NCBI GenBank assembly: GCA_964016885.1
Contig: CAXHJY010000829.1
Coordinates: 1-30,562, forward strand
Origin: Eledone cirrhosa
Taxonomy: Eukaryota
DNA: 30,562 bases
Direction: 5' to 3'
Shown: one piece after another, positions 26,708 to 30,562 of the stretch
Layout: each line of letters opens with the position of its first letter
How positions within the stretch are numbered: the stretch's first letter is position 1
The notes under the pieces: model-generated
What the model saw: only the letters and a program-made list of their open reading frames with translations
Told to the model about the DNA's origin: nothing
Databases searched by the model: none
Position numbers and translations under genes: made by a program

Positions 26708-26780
26708 TATATATATATATAGGCAAAGATACATAACGATTTTAATATCAACATTCAATAGATTTGCGACCCTCTCTCTC

Positions 26781-26864
<84 letters not shown>

Positions 26865-26953
26865 ATTCCAATCTAATGCATTCTCACTCTTGCTAGAAGA
26901 ACCCCTTCCCTGGTTGACCCACTGCATTCTATTTTTATTTCGGTGATGACAGG

Positions 26954-27860
<907 letters not shown>

Positions 27861-27861
27861 C

Positions 27862-27901
<40 letters not shown>

Positions 27902-28040
27902 TAGAAAGTGAGGTTTTTTTTTTACAAAATGAAAAATAATCGAGGTGTCCTACACGAGTGAAAGTATAAAGAAAAAAAGATGAAATCGAAAATGCAACTG
28001 GAGTCTTATTAAAAAAATATATATATATTTATTTATTTAG

Positions 28041-28082
28041 TTCCTCTACCGGTTTCGCAGTTCTTCTGCTTTTCAAAAGTAG
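28041..28082 (-). ncRNA. Heavily decayed hammerhead-like motif
   Basis: Minus strand reads TTGAAAA-GCAG(aagaa)CTGC-GAAA-CCGG-TA. Palindromic stem III, weak stem I, two core changes. Confidence 0.4.
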
Positions 28083-28337
28083 AGTTGAGATGGAGGGTCT
28101 GTGGTTACACATAGGGGCGGTGGGAGCATTTCTGAATTTGGGGTCTGAAAAAATGTGGTGAATTTAGTTATCATGGTTTGACCCACTGCACTCTAAGATG
28201 ATCAGAAAACTTCGATATGCGATAAACATAATATGTGAATTGAAGCAGATATAGATGTGTGTTTTGGTAGTTTGAGGAGAAGAGTATAATTGGGGAGGAA
28301 AATATAATTATTGGGGATATATACATCTCCTCACCCC

Positions 28338-28423
<86 letters not shown>

Positions 28424-28763
28424 TATATGTATATGTATATATATATATTTATATATGTATGTATATGTATGTTTATATATATATATATGTATATGTATGT
28501 ATATATATATATATATATTTATATACATATATATGTATGTATATGTATATATATATATGTATGTGTAAGTGTGTGTTCGTGTTTATATGTATATTTTTTT
28601 TCTTACGTTCATGCTTTCCTATTGCTATGTATATATGAATCTCTCTCTACATGCTTGTCTCTGTCTACCATATATTTCTATATATGTGTATATACATATA
28701 TATATATATATACATATATATACACACACACATATATATATATATATCAATTAATACATCTAA

Positions 28764-28933
<170 letters not shown>

Positions 28934-29033
28934 GCATATAAATTACACAATTATCAGAGTTATGTTCAAATCATTTTATTTCTGACAATCGTTTATAGTT
29001 GTTTATAGTATATACATAACTATAAATATTATC

Positions 29034-29185
<152 letters not shown>

Positions 29186-29253
29186 GGCTATCATCGAAAT
29201 ATATATACCAGTAAATAAAGGATTATGAGTTCATGCAATTGACTTACGTTTCG

Positions 29254-29307
<54 letters not shown>

Positions 29308-29376
29308 CGTGTGTATATATATATACTATCCAAGGTATTTTCCTTTGTTATGTCAACATTTATAAAACACACTTTG

Positions 29377-29437
29377 TATTTTATCTGATGAGAGCGTACC
29401 AAAGTTTTGGTACCCTTGAAATATATATAATAGAATA
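29377..29437 (+). ncRNA. Minimal type I hammerhead ribozyme, intact core
   Basis: TATTTTAT-CTGATGA(29385-29391)-G..GTACCAAA/TTTGGTAC..T-GAAA(29418-29421)-TATATA-TA-ATAGAATA. Confidence 0.82.
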
Positions 29438-29639
29438 AATATGCTGTTATAAATATAGTTTCTATTTATTTCATATCATTATACTCCATATTATACTCCA
29501 GAAAAAGCTGTCGAGTTCTCTGAATCTGTTATAAACATTTATATTTGTTGAATTACCAACACATTGAATATCCCTGCATATGTAACTCTCTCTCTATCTG
29601 TCATTCTATCTCTCCATCCACTTCTCTCTCTTCGCCCTC

Positions 29640-29798
29640 TCTCTCTCTCTCTCTCAAACTATGCTCTATATATACTTCTCTCTCTGTCTCTCCCTCTCTC
29701 TCTCAAACTATCCTCTATATATACTTTTCTCTCTCTCTCAAACTATCCTCTATATATACTTCTCTCTCTCTCTCTCTCTCAAACTATCCTCTATATAT

Positions 29799-29837
<39 letters not shown>

Positions 29838-29850
29838 TATCCTCTATATG

Positions 29851-29891
<41 letters not shown>

Positions 29892-29940
29892 CTATCCTCT
29901 ATATATACTTCTCTCTCTCTCTCAAACTATCCTCTATATG

Positions 29941-29979
<39 letters not shown>

Positions 29980-30161
29980 CTATCCTCTATTTATACTTCT
30001 CTCTCTCTCTCAAACTATCCTCTATATATACTTCTCTCTCTCTCTCTCTCTCTCTCTCAAACTATCCTCTATATATACTTTTCTCTCTCTCTCTCTCTCT
30101 CTCTCAAACTATCCTCTATATATACTTTTCTCTCTCTCTCAAACTATCCTCTATATATACT

Positions 30162-30206
<45 letters not shown>

Positions 30207-30240
30207 CTATCCTCTATATATACTTCTCTCTCTCTTTCCT
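29640..30240. repeat. Minisatellite, 13 copies of caaactatcctctatatatactt plus variable (CT)n
   Basis: 13 caaactat cores counted. Confidence 0.95.
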
Positions 30241-30291
30241 TCCCTCTTTCTTTCTCTGTATCGTATTAAAATCCAGGAGAATCCCAGCGTT

Positions 30292-30326
<35 letters not shown>

Positions 30327-30379
30327 GTGTGTCTGTGTGTGTGTTTGTGTGTGAGGAGGGGGTGGGGGTGATTCCTGTT

Positions 30380-30505
30380 GGAGATTAAAAAAATCAATAA
30401 CTCAATCACTATGTAAGTAGTGGAATCGATATGATCAATTAAATCTCTTTAATGTCGTGCCCCAGCATGGCCACAGTCAAATAACTGTAACTACTAAAAT
30501 TATAA
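30380..30505 (+). mobile_element. Decayed SINE 3' part
   Basis: gtgccccagcatggccacagtc matches the 6836 and 13288 tails. Confidence 0.5.
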
Positions 30506-30562
30506 ACAGACCTTCGCAACACACGTGCAATTGCATACACGCACACATGCATATATATATAC

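Noticed and set aside
29640-30240. Repeat-spacer array
   Set aside because: The spacers are only (CT)n of variable length, so this is an ordinary minisatellite.

Overview
Eukaryotic, extremely microsatellite-rich DNA ((TA)n, (CA)n, (GA)n, (CATA)n and triplet tracts). The repeat style and SINE sequences suggest an octopus-like cephalopod genome (inference). No intact protein-coding gene can be supported, and almost all listed ORFs are simple-repeat artefacts. The complex islands are mostly transposon remnants: non-autonomous Helitron-like elements, a CRE-type endonuclease fragment, a CR1-group reverse transcriptase pseudogene with three TSD-bracketed SINE insertions, and an RTE LINE with a twin-priming-type inversion. 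The main hidden signal is a dense set of minimal type I hammerhead ribozyme (HHR) motifs of the kind carried by Penelope-like elements (PLEs). Three have intact cores, three are decayed and several are half-motifs, from several unrelated sequence families, all next to (TA)n. Four loci are fold-back palindromes whose turn lies inside the ribozyme. A chain of C-skewed, acceptor-flanked islands could be a decayed receptor-like gene or a consensus artefact (low confidence). All coordinates and alignments were read by eye.
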